Positions 56,002 through 64,000 of a stretch of 64,000 bases of DNA are shown here, in pieces (the first letter of the stretch is position 1; each line of letters starts with the position of its first letter). The stretch is from Myxococcales bacterium (GTDB lineage: Bacteria; Myxococcota_A; Polyangia; Polyangiales; GCA-016699535): assembly GCA_020633325.1 (NCBI GenBank), contig JACKDX010000002.1, forward strand, positions 270,901 through 334,900, read 5' to 3'. The position numbers and the translations under genes were made by a program. The notes under the pieces are model-generated. The model was not told the DNA's origin and did no database searches. It saw nothing but the letters and a program-made list of their open reading frames with translations.

Positions 56002-58782
56002 CTACTGCATCTGCTTGAGCACCTCTCCAAGCGCCTGAAGCTCTTCTCCGTACCGGGCCCAATCTCCATTGCGCTGAGCGTCGACGGCTTGCTGATAATG
56101 TGACCAGGCTCTAGCGCGGAGTTCATCTGTGCTGCCTGATGCCTCGGACGAGGCTTTAGGTTGGCGCGACGTCGCTTGCGCCGGTAAATCTCGTGTTTCA
56201 GGTGCGTGTGCCGAGACGACGCCGCCCGTGTCCTTCGGGTTTTCTTCCGCTCCAAACAGCCGCGAAAGCGCTTCGTCCAGTGTGCGCTCCATGGCGATAC
56301 CGTTCTCGTAAGCGACAACGACACGCTTTAGCTCGGGAATTTTACCACCTTGAGAGCGCAAATACAATGGCTGAACGTAAATGAGAGATTCCTCGATAGG
56401 TATGACCAGTAGTGTGCCCAAAATTGCCTGAGACCCCCGCTGATCCCACAAGGAGATCTGTCTCGAAATCTCGGCGTCTTGGTTGATGCGATTGGCAATC
56501 TGTTGTGGACCGAAGACCAAGCGGTCTTTCGGAAACGCGTACACCACGAGCTCGCCCAAATGCTGCCCGTCACTGCGCGCCACCAGCCATGCTGCGAGAT
56601 TGTCCTTCCTTTTGGGGGTAAACGGTAACATGAGGATGAACTCCGGGCTTTGTTCTCCTGGGAGCTTCATCACGGTGTAATACGGTTCGAGATCTTTGCG
56701 GCTCTCGCCCTGAGTCAAGGCGGGAATTTCCCACTGGTCTTCACGGTTATAGACGAGCTCCGCGCTTGTCATGTGGTAAACGCTAAACATTTCGGTCTGC
56801 AAATTAAACATGTCTAGTGGGTAACGCAGATGGGTGCGAATATCCTGAGGCATTGCTCGCAGGGGTTTAAACATGTGAGGAAGGATCTTACGCCAGGTGC
56901 GCAGTATGGGATCACGGTCATCGACAACGTAGAATGTGACGCTACCGTCGTATGCGTTAATGACGGTCTTTACAGCATTACGGATGTAGTTAAGCCCGGC
57001 GCTAGCCGCCTCCGCATAGGGATAGTGCGTGGTGTGCGTGTAACCATCCATGATCCATACCAAAGTGCCATCTGCACGTATCACAAGATACGGGTCGTGA
57101 TCGTAGGCCAAAAATGGCGCCACTTTCTGGACCCGCTCCTTTATATTTCGGAACAACAATGCGCGACTTCCGGGTCGCACATCATCAGAAAGCAGTATTT
57201 TGATTGAACCAAAATGCAACGCCAAAGATAGCTGCGTTACCAATGAATCGAGCGGAATGCCGCCTCCGCCCTTATAAGAAGTGAATACGCTCCCGTCATC
57301 CGTGGGATGGTGAAACTCGGGGTTCCTCGTGCGCACGAACACATAGTCGTTTGAGAGCTCGCCGTAATAGATGGCGGGCTCGGTAACTTTGAGCGAGGGT
57401 TTGCTCGATTCGGGAGGTATGTCCTTGACAAAGAGTACAGGCAGTCCTTCCGGGGTCGCTTGATTGACGGGGCCTAGGGTCAATCCGTAGCCGTGCGTAA
57501 ATGTGAACCGTTCGTTGATCCAGGTTCGATTCGGTAGGCTGTCTGAAGAAAGCTCTCGCGGCGAAAGCATGGTTTGGCGAAGCTTGCCGTCGAGGACATA
57601 GCGGTCGTTGTCCACCGATGCGAAATCGTAATACGTCCGAATTTCCTGAATTTGCGCAAACGTATCCAATAAGGGGCCATGATCCCAGACACGAATGTTC
57701 TCAATGGTGTCACGGTTGTTCTCAATATCCTTGTGAGTGAGTACTGACTCCGCAGACAACACACGCGCGCTAACCTTATCAAGATTGAACGCTTCTCGGG
57801 TGGCCTGAATGTTGTAATCAATGAAGCGCGACTCCTTGTCGAACTCGTTGGGCACAACACTGAATTTTTGGACTACGGCGGGATAGACTCGCACACCCAA
57901 AATATCCACCGCTAGATATAGCCCGAGCGCGAGGGCGACAAGCGACAGTCGCTCCTTGGCTGCGTTCAGAATCAATAAAACGGCTCCTAGGATTGAGACG
58001 ATCATCTTCACACGCAGCGCAGGCATGCGCGCATAGATATCGCTGTAGCTCGCCCCGACCACGGGGCCTGAATGGGAGAAGAGCAAATTAACAATCGCCA
58101 GATGGGTCTCGTAGGCGAGCACGAGCGCGATTGCTGCCAACAGGAGACTCAGATGCACTCGGGCAGCAGATGTGATGCGTAAACCAGTTTGCAGCATGAG
58201 CGCGCCGCGACCTAAGTAAATTACGCCTGCCACAACGCCCAGAAAAACCAGCACCCCGAGAGCCATGCCCGAGCCAAACTCTCGGAGCGGCAATTGGAAC
58301 ACATAGTAGCCAATGTCATAGCCCAAAATAGGGTCGGCTTTTTGAAAGCGAGTCCCGTGTAGGGCCATAAGCCAGGTATCCCAATGGGCAGATGCAGCGA
58401 GGCCACTAAGCAATCCGGCAAACAGTGTGGCGGGCCAAATGATTTTTGTGACGATCCGCCCCAAATCCACCTGCACCAAGCCGCGCGGATCCCGCACGTA
58501 GAGCGGATAAAGGTCTCTAGAAAAACGCACAGCCAGGCGGGCGTTGCCATAAAACAATGCGGCGATGAGCACGCCTACGCTCAGGCCGATGAGCACCTTG
58601 GTTCCAAAGATGGTGAAGAACGTATCTGAGAAGTGAAGGGCGCGAAACCAGAGCATGTCGACGTAAAGGCTGCCAAGCGTAGGCAACACCACGCCCAACA
58701 CCGCGACGGCGATCAGGATCGCAATCACAAGGCCACGTTTTGGGTATCTAGCTATTTTGGGCATGGCTGAGGGCGCTAACAT
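56002..58782 (-). CDS. UPF0182-family large membrane protein
   Basis: 926 aa. N-terminal ~7 TM helices with YVDMLWF, then a large extracytoplasmic domain. Family-typical blocks: NERFTFTHGYG, VWIMDGYTHTTHYPY, IRNAVKTVINAYDGSVTFY, HLRYPLDMF, LIYVQPLYL and a helical C-terminal end. Confidence 0.85.
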   Translation of the reverse strand: MLAPSAMPKIARYPKRGLVIAILIAVAVLGVVLPTLGSLYVDMLWFRALHFSDTFFTIFGTKVLIGLSVGVLIAALFYGNARLAVRFSRDLYPLYVRDPRGLVQVDLGRIVTKIIWPATLFAGLLSGLAASAHWDTWLMALHGTRFQKADPILGYDIGYYVFQLPLREFGSGMALGVLVFLGVVAGVIYLGRGALMLQTGLRITSAARVHLSLLLAAIALVLAYETHLAIVNLLFSHSGPVVGASYSDIYARMPALRVKMIVSILGAVLLILNAAKERLSLVALALGLYLAVDILGVRVYPAVVQKFSVVPNEFDKESRFIDYNIQATREAFNLDKVSARVLSAESVLTHKDIENNRDTIENIRVWDHGPLLDTFAQIQEIRTYYDFASVDNDRYVLDGKLRQTMLSPRELSSDSLPNRTWINERFTFTHGYGLTLGPVNQATPEGLPVLFVKDIPPESSKPSLKVTEPAIYYGELSNDYVFVRTRNPEFHHPTDDGSVFTSYKGGGGIPLDSLVTQLSLALHFGSIKILLSDDVRPGSRALLFRNIKERVQKVAPFLAYDHDPYLVIRADGTLVWIMDGYTHTTHYPYAEAASAGLNYIRNAVKTVINAYDGSVTFYVVDDRDPILRTWRKILPHMFKPLRAMPQDIRTHLRYPLDMFNLQTEMFSVYHMTSAELVYNREDQWEIPALTQGESRKDLEPYYTVMKLPGEQSPEFILMLPFTPKRKDNLAAWLVARSDGQHLGELVVYAFPKDRLVFGPQQIANRINQDAEISRQISLWDQRGSQAILGTLLVIPIEESLIYVQPLYLRSQGGKIPELKRVVVAYENGIAMERTLDEALSRLFGAEENPKDTGGVVSAHAPETRDLPAQATSRQPKASSEASGSTDELRARAWSHYQQAVDAQRNGDWARYGEELQALGEVLKQMQ

Positions 58783-58974
58783 GAATGACTCCGAGGGGCA
58801 ATGTGAGACGAAAGCCGCTGGAGAGGGTGCTGGTCCGCTCGCTAGCGAATGCCAGGTCTAACCTGCCTTGCATCACTGCGCTTTGCGCAGTAATTTACTG
58901 GCTCGCAGAAGACACTTCTTCAGGTCTTACTGCGTGGGAAATGGCCGCTGGGTGGCCAGAGAATGGGAGAGTCA

Positions 58975-59370
58975 ATGCAAAAGACCATGTTTTTGGCGAA
59001 GATTCATAGGGCGGTGATCACCCACGCTGACCCTGCCTACGAGGGAAGCGTAAGCGTGGATGAGGTTTTATTAGAGGCTGCGGGCATTTCGGAATATGAG
59101 GCGGTGCACGTGTGGAACATCACGAGGGGCACCCGATTGATGACATACGCCATCAAGGCGCCGAGGGACTCGGGCTTCATTTGCATCAATGGCGCTGCTG
59201 CCCATCTCAACGAACCCGGTGATACAGTTATCTTGGCCACGTTTGGCCAGATGGACGCCGAAGAGGCCCACGAACATAAGCCAGTGGTCGTGCGCGTCGA
59301 TGCGAACAACCGCATCATCGGTCGGCAATCAGAACGACCCGGGCCGGCCTTGCCTAAAGCACTACACTAG
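58975..59370 (+). CDS. panD: Aspartate 1-decarboxylase proenzyme
   Basis: [29 protein letters not shown] has the Gly-Ser self-processing site (EG|S). GGGAGAG SD lies upstream of the ATG at 58975. The longest ORF starts at 58963. Confidence 0.9.
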   Translation: MQKTMFLAKIHRAVITHADPAYEGSVSVDEVLLEAAGISEYEAVHVWNITRGTRLMTYAIKAPRDSGFICINGAAAHLNEPGDTVILATFGQMDAEEAHEHKPVVVRVDANNRIIGRQSERPGPALPKALH

Positions 59371-59428
59371 AGGGAAGGCTTAGGGTACAATCCGCCGCTC
59401 AGCGGCCCCATTGAGGGCACCAAGATGA

Positions 59429-59513
59429 GCCGGGGTGGCGGAATGGCAGACGCGGAAGACTTAAAATCTTCTATCGATCACTCGATGTGCGGGTTCGAGT
59501 CCCGCCCTCGGCA
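59429..59513 (+). tRNA. tRNA-Leu (anticodon UAA)
   Basis: Hand-folded cloverleaf. Acceptor GCCGGGG/CCTCGGC (one G-U pair). Anticodon stem GAAGA/TCTTC with loop CTTAAAA (anticodon TAA). Long variable arm TATCGATCACTCGATGT, as expected for class II Leu. T-arm GCGGG-TTCGAGT-CCCGC, discriminator A. The 3' CCA is only partly encoded (ACCg). Confidence 0.85.
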
Positions 59514-59530
59514 CCGCCAGAGCATGGCAG

Positions 59531-60478
59531 CTAACCTAATGCGGCATACGAAGCGGGCGAAGGAACGGCATCGTCGGCGAACGCGACAAGCCTTCGAAAT
59601 TCGCTATACCGATGTTGGATGTCATTGAAGGAAAGATGCAGCAAGCGAGCGGGCCCCACGCCCTCCACGTCAAACGAAGCCACCGCAGACCCGTAAATCA
59701 CAGCTTGCCGCAGAACCGAGGCGTCAAAAGATCCGCACGAAGCGATCCACCCCAGCAACGCTCCTGCAAAACTGTCGCCCGCTCCGGTCGGATCTCGCAC
59801 CTCTTTTAGTGGATAAGCTGGGGCAGAAAACACTTCGCCGTCATGAAACAATAAGGCGCCGTATTCGCCTCGCTTGATGATCACAGTCTTGGGACCCATT
59901 GTTTGCATTATGCGCGCCGACTCGACAAGGTTATACGTGCATGCAAGCTCTCGTGCTTCTTCCTCGTTGATCACCAGGACATCTACACGCTGCAACGTGC
60001 GGCGTAACGCAGGCAGTGCGCCTTGAATCCAATAATTCATGGTATCGGCGACCACCAACTTCGGTTTACGAATCTGTTCCAACACAGCGAGTTGTAATAC
60101 CGGGTCTATATTTCCCAGCAAGATAAACTCGGAGTCCTTAAAGCTCTCAGGCAGGACGGGGGCGAAGTCCGCAAACACGTTGAGCTCGGTCGACAGGGTC
60201 TCTCGGGAGGCAAGGTTAGTGGAATAACGTCCTGCCCAATGGAAGGTCTTACCCATCCTTTGCTCTAGACCCGACAAATCGATGCGACGGTTCGTGAGCA
60301 GTTCTAAAAAGCTTGGAGGAAAATCCGCCCCCACCACGCCCACGAGCCGGATGGGCGCAAACAGTGCGCCTGAGACCGCCGCATACAACGCTGCGCCGCC
60401 TGCAACTTTCGGGTAGTACCCACAGGGAAGATGCAAGGTATCAAACGCGACTGAACCAACCACCAAGACAGGTGTCAT
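59531..60478 (-). CDS. PfkB-family carbohydrate kinase (substrate unknown)
   Basis: 315 aa. Ribokinase-fold with C-terminal DPTGAGDSFAGAL anion-hole/catalytic Asp motif. Confidence 0.8.
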   Translation of the reverse strand: MTPVLVVGSVAFDTLHLPCGYYPKVAGGAALYAAVSGALFAPIRLVGVVGADFPPSFLELLTNRRIDLSGLEQRMGKTFHWAGRYSTNLASRETLSTELNVFADFAPVLPESFKDSEFILLGNIDPVLQLAVLEQIRKPKLVVADTMNYWIQGALPALRRTLQRVDVLVINEEEARELACTYNLVESARIMQTMGPKTVIIKRGEYGALLFHDGEVFSAPAYPLKEVRDPTGAGDSFAGALLGWIASCGSFDASVLRQAVIYGSAVASFDVEGVGPARLLHLSFNDIQHRYSEFRRLVAFADDAVPSPASYAALG

Positions 60479-60504
60479 AGCAAACGAGCCTCCTAACAGA
60501 GCTC

Positions 60505-61665
60505 TCAGGGGGTTTCAAGCCGCATTTCACTCCCCGGCGCAATTTCGCCGCAAATTACGGCCCGCTGGGCGCCAGTGGCCGCGGGAATTGTGCCAGGGCG
60601 TCCGCAAAGGGTCTCGTGCGCCAAAATTGCAAACGCAACTGCCTCCTTCGCATCGGTGAGCCTCGGGTCCTGATGTGTACAAAGCTTCAGACCAATCGTA
60701 GAGAGATGATGGCGCAGGGCAAGCATTAAGGTGCGATTATGCACGCCCCCGCCGCTGACAAATACCTGGGCCAAACCGGGCCAGCGTGGCAGAACGAACC
60801 TCTGATACGCATCGGCCACGCTCAGCGCACACATCTCAACCGCTGTACGCAGGACATCGATCAAAGGAACATGGGCAGCGTTCGGCCCGAGCAGCATATC
60901 TCCAAACGACTCATATCCAGCGCTCTTGGGCGGCGGCTTAAGAAAAAACGGATGTGACAGCCATGTGGCGAGGAGTTCTCGTTCGATTCGTCCACCGCGG
61001 GAAAACTGCCCGTTGAAATCTATGCCGGATGTATTGCCGGGGATTCGCGCAGCCAAGCTGTCGATCCACTGATTGGCTGGGCCGGTGTCAAACGCCAGTG
61101 TGGATTCCCTGTCAACCGTCAGCACGGTGAGATTGGATATGCTGCCAAGATTGTGTAGCGCCAAAGGTTTGGGTTCCTTGGCAAACAACAGGTACTCGGC
61201 CAAAGGGACCAAGGGCGCGCCTTGACCGCCAACAGCCATATCCCTTTGGCGAAAGTTGCCCACGGTAAGGATCCCTGTGATGTGAGCGATCACCGATGGA
61301 GAGCCGATCTGCAGGCTTGAGCCGTTCTGTCCGTGGGGCGGGATGTGAACCAGTGTTTGACCGTGGCTGCCAATGGCGTCGATAGCGCGTGCATCGAGAC
61401 GGTTTTTGATGAGGAACTGGTTTACGCTCCGGCCAAAAACCTCCGCCAAATCGACGTTAAGCATACATACTTCGTGCACTGAAGCAGTCCGGGCATCACA
61501 AAGCCTCTGGTGCAGGGCCGGGCTGTACGGCGAATAATCGGTCTCAATAACCGCAATGTTGAGCTCGGGATAAGCGCCTGAAATGCGAACCAGTGCGACG
61601 TCAACCCCGTCCATGCTCATCCCGGACATCAGCCCAATGAGCAGGCGCTCTTTTTTTTGTGACAT
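60505..61665 (-). CDS. anmK: Anhydro-N-acetylmuramic acid kinase
   Basis: N-terminal LIGLMSGMSMDGVDVAL matches the AnmK consensus (GLMSGTSxDGxD). About 386 aa from the MSQKKER start (ATG at 61665), which avoids overlapping the upstream gene. The longest ORF reaches 61710. Confidence 0.85.
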   Translation of the reverse strand: MSQKKERLLIGLMSGMSMDGVDVALVRISGAYPELNIAVIETDYSPYSPALHQRLCDARTASVHEVCMLNVDLAEVFGRSVNQFLIKNRLDARAIDAIGSHGQTLVHIPPHGQNGSSLQIGSPSVIAHITGILTVGNFRQRDMAVGGQGAPLVPLAEYLLFAKEPKPLALHNLGSISNLTVLTVDRESTLAFDTGPANQWIDSLAARIPGNTSGIDFNGQFSRGGRIERELLATWLSHPFFLKPPPKSAGYESFGDMLLGPNAAHVPLIDVLRTAVEMCALSVADAYQRFVLPRWPGLAQVFVSGGGVHNRTLMLALRHHLSTIGLKLCTHQDPRLTDAKEAVAFAILAHETLCGRPGTIPAATGAQRAVICGEIAPGSEMRLETP

Positions 61666-61678
61666 TGAAAACAGAGGA

Positions 61679-62164
61679 TTAAGGATTGGCATGAAAAATA
61701 AGCTGCTCAATCTCCTCTAACACGCGAGCACCTCCCCGAGCCTTGGTGACAAAATGCGCCTGGCGCAGCGCTTCGGGATGCGCATCAGAGACCGCGCACG
61801 CCAATCCCACCATGGTAAACACAGCACAGTCACCCAATCCGTCGCCCACATAGCAGATGCGGTTTAGGGGAATATCATAAGTGCGTGAAATATCGATCAC
61901 GGCTGAGGGTTTATCTTCAGTACCCAACCACTTGGTGGGAAGTCCCAAAAGCTGCATGCGCTCGCAGGCGGACCGGGTGGTGTTGGCCGACACGGGGACG
62001 ACAGGTAGCCCGCGTGCAGTCATGCGCAAGATGGCCTCTCCATCGCGTACGCTATAGTATTGCACCCAACCAATATCACTTCCCTGCCAACAGGTACGTG
62101 CATCGGTCAACGTGCCGTCGAGGTCCATCGCTAAGAGTCCCACACTGGCAAACCTCAACACCAC
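61679..62164 (-). CDS. HAD-IIIA phosphatase, KdsC (KDO-8-P phosphatase)-like
   Basis: 161 aa. Motif I MDLDGTLTD, motif III/IV K...YVGDGLGDCAVF. Size and layout match the YrbI/KdsC subfamily. Confidence 0.7.
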   Translation of the reverse strand: MVLRFASVGLLAMDLDGTLTDARTCWQGSDIGWVQYYSVRDGEAILRMTARGLPVVPVSANTTRSACERMQLLGLPTKWLGTEDKPSAVIDISRTYDIPLNRICYVGDGLGDCAVFTMVGLACAVSDAHPEALRQAHFVTKARGGARVLEEIEQLIFHANP

Positions 62165-62166
62165 GA

Positions 62167-62544
62167 CTACAACAAGGCTCGGTCGTCATAGGGGGCGCGT
62201 TCAATGCGTATTGACCGCTGCCTCCCGTTGCGCTCGATACGCAGCTCCACATGACTGCCGACAGATCCGCGCAAACGGGAGACGACTTGCTTAAGCGTAA
62301 GATGCTCCACGGCTTCCCCGTCGACGTCCACAATGCGATCGCCCTGTCTTAGGCCCGCCAGAGCCGCCGGGCCTGTATCGGGCACATGGACTACCCGCAA
62401 CCCGTGAGATTGGGAGAACCTCAGCTTGGCATGAATGCCGCCTTGCCAATGGTTGCTGGCACACTGCGCGCCGCCCATCCACAACAGCAATCCCATGGGC
62501 CACAGCAAATACCGTGGATTATATCGCCTGTCTCTCGCTAGCAT
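62167..62544 (-). CDS. Small secreted PDZ-domain protein
   Basis: 125 aa. N-terminal hydrophobic signal, PDZ core (GLRVVHVPDTGPAALAGLRQGDRIVDVDGEAV). ATGA-type overlap with the upstream gene. Confidence 0.65.
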   Translation of the reverse strand: MLARDRRYNPRYLLWPMGLLLWMGGAQCASNHWQGGIHAKLRFSQSHGLRVVHVPDTGPAALAGLRQGDRIVDVDGEAVEHLTLKQVVSRLRGSVGSHVELRIERNGRQRSIRIERAPYDDRALL

Positions 62545-63932
62545 TAGGGGCCGCCATCGATGTCATCCACACCGCCGTCATTGCTTGGCATGGCGGGAAC
62601 AATAATACGAAGCGTCGTGCGTGATAAGACGATGCCATCGCCCACGACCTCGATGGGCACCCGAAATATGTGGGGGTAATCCGGGGCCGATGGAAGTAAA
62701 TCGTTCTTCAGGTTTACCTCGAACCGGAGAGTGACACCCGCGCCGACCTCGACAAAGGTGTCGAATACCCCGTCAAACGGCGGCTGGCGATCTTCCCGCC
62801 CGGGCATCGGGATCCCGAAGGGAACCGTCGCCGAGCTTGCTTCAACCGACCGTACAAATCCTAGGGGATCGTCGATAATCTCTGCATGCACTTCTTGGAA
62901 TTCTAAGCTATTAACGAGTGCCACGACGGCATCGACGAGCGTACTCGAGGTCCCAGAACCGTTGCTTTTGATGTCAAAAACCAAGGGGCACACGCCGGCC
63001 AATGGTGGATGGGTTTGCCCGTTCAATCCCGTGGGACATGCTTCATCGATAGGGGCCATTACCGCATGGGTGGCCACCGCGATATATGCCGGATCCCCCC
63101 GCACCTCGGGATCACTGACCATGCTGACAGCAAAGATGTCAAGTGCGTTCATGGCCGCGATAGCCTCGGGTAACCCATGCACGCCAGAAAACGTATCCTC
63201 ATAATCGGACGGTGTATGAAAGAGGGCGTCTGTGGCCAATATCACGATGTGCAACGCGCCCTGGCGAAAACCTGCGCCTCCGAGCGTGCCGCCTCCTACA
63301 AGCGCGTGACCACTGTACGGCGCGACGAGTGTCTGCCCTTGATGGACAAATCCGTCACCCGTGCTCAGTTGCCACAACGCCTCAAGGCCGGATTCTGGAT
63401 AATCGCCGCCATGTCCCAAGGGGTCGTCAAGCTTGGCAACTGCTTGCTCGACGCTGCTGAGACTACTCGTTACGGCCGTCTCGAGCGTGAAGGGACGGTC
63501 GGTGCTGCTTCCGAAGTCAGCCGCGGGGAAATCCTCGAATGCCGCGACGCCAAAAGAAGAGTTGGGCACCCTGGCACGTATGCCCGGGATGACCACGCGT
63601 GTCATATCCCGCTGCAGGTTGTCGATCTCCTCGCGAAAGCTGCTTGTGGTATCGATCAGAAAGACGACATCCGCCGCCGACGGGTCAGCTGTGGCATCCA
63701 GGCCAAACAGTGTACTGGGGGCGCCATAGGCCAGCACGATTTCGGTGTCTGCATCCGGTAGTTTCGGCTCGGGGCCGCGGGCATCCGACGGGGAAAGCAC
63801 ATCGGGTGTTTTGGTGTCCCCAGGTTCGATATCGGGGCCGCTGTCGGGCAGTGTAGGCGGTGATGGACGCGCATCTGAGCAGCCGAGCCACAGGAACGCT
63901 GCGAACGCGTAGAGAACCAGCCTGATACGCAT
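62544..63932 (-). CDS. Secreted vWA-like lipoprotein
   Basis: Start taken at MRIRLVLYAFAAFLWLGC (lipobox). A Pro/Asp-rich linker follows. Then a vWA-like fold with a MIDAS-like DVVFLIDTTSSF (DxTxS variant) and a GGDYPES loop. The longest ORF reaches 63992. Confidence 0.55.
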   Translation of the reverse strand: MRIRLVLYAFAAFLWLGCSDARPSPPTLPDSGPDIEPGDTKTPDVLSPSDARGPEPKLPDADTEIVLAYGAPSTLFGLDATADPSAADVVFLIDTTSSFREEIDNLQRDMTRVVIPGIRARVPNSSFGVAAFEDFPAADFGSSTDRPFTLETAVTSSLSSVEQAVAKLDDPLGHGGDYPESGLEALWQLSTGDGFVHQGQTLVAPYSGHALVGGGTLGGAGFRQGALHIVILATDALFHTPSDYEDTFSGVHGLPEAIAAMNALDIFAVSMVSDPEVRGDPAYIAVATHAVMAPIDEACPTGLNGQTHPPLAGVCPLVFDIKSNGSGTSSTLVDAVVALVNSLEFQEVHAEIIDDPLGFVRSVEASSATVPFGIPMPGREDRQPPFDGVFDTFVEVGAGVTLRFEVNLKNDLLPSAPDYPHIFRVPIEVVGDGIVLSRTTLRIIVPAMPSNDGGVDDIDGGP

Positions 63933-64000
63933 GATCGTAGTATAGCCTAAGAGGCCCCCCCCGGGTCTTTTGTCGCCCATTACTACCCGCATGTTTGACA

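Noticed and set aside
59429-59530. tRNA-Leu as a possible genomic-island integration site
   Set aside because: There is no integrase, phage or transposase gene on either side. I saw no direct repeat of the tRNA 3' end, and the flanking genes (panD, pfkB-like) look like ordinary core genes.
1-64000. Looked for CRISPR arrays, tandem DNA repeats, IS elements, retron/DGR reverse transcriptases, toxin-antitoxin pairs and defence genes
   Set aside because: None was seen by eye. Every ORF over 100 aa that is not antisense to a confident gene is accounted for by the feature list. A computational repeat search (for example a self dot-plot or CRISPR finder) would be needed to exclude short dispersed repeats.

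Overview
This window looks like an ordinary, densely packed core-chromosome segment, moderately GC-rich by eye (GC not computed). I support about 50 protein genes and one tRNA-Leu(UAA). I saw no transposase, integrase, phage gene, CRISPR array or rRNA. The gene content suggests a Myxococcota/Bradymonadia-like deltaproteobacterium: OmpA with thrombospondin-3 repeats, Cys-rich repeat lipoproteins, FHA-GGDEF, many TPR proteins, PilT, UPF0182 and a VKOR-DsbA fusion. That taxonomic guess is inference only.

Recognisable housekeeping genes:
- Motility and central metabolism: pilT, NAD-isocitrate dehydrogenase, glk, pheA, a UbiB/ABC1 kinase.
- DNA and translation: parC-parE (topoisomerase IV-like), leuS.
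- Transport and energy: an APC permease, H+-pyrophosphatase, putP, an AGCS symporter.
- Amino-acid biosynthesis: an ilvD-argB-argD-argF-(J protein/Hsp70)-argG string.
- Others: pdxH, csp, panD, anmK.

No clear-cut novel system (for example a defence island) is visible. The loci most worth follow-up, in order:
1. A chromosomal ParA/MinD ATPase with two N-terminal TRASH-type zinc modules, paired with a ParG-like RHH protein. A perfect 12-bp palindrome sits in its leader.
2. A five-gene operon (vWA-like lipoprotein, PDZ, KdsC-type HAD phosphatase, AnmK, PfkB kinase). It could be a non-orthologous MurNAc recycling shunt.
3. A wHTH/J-domain/TPR protein plus Hsp70 paralog nested inside the arginine operon.
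4. A phosphonopyruvate/sulfopyruvate-decarboxylase-like gene with no PEP mutase nearby.
5. A VKOR-DsbA / OmpA-like / TlpA-like disulfide module.

All functional calls rest on motifs read from the supplied translations. No database search was run.
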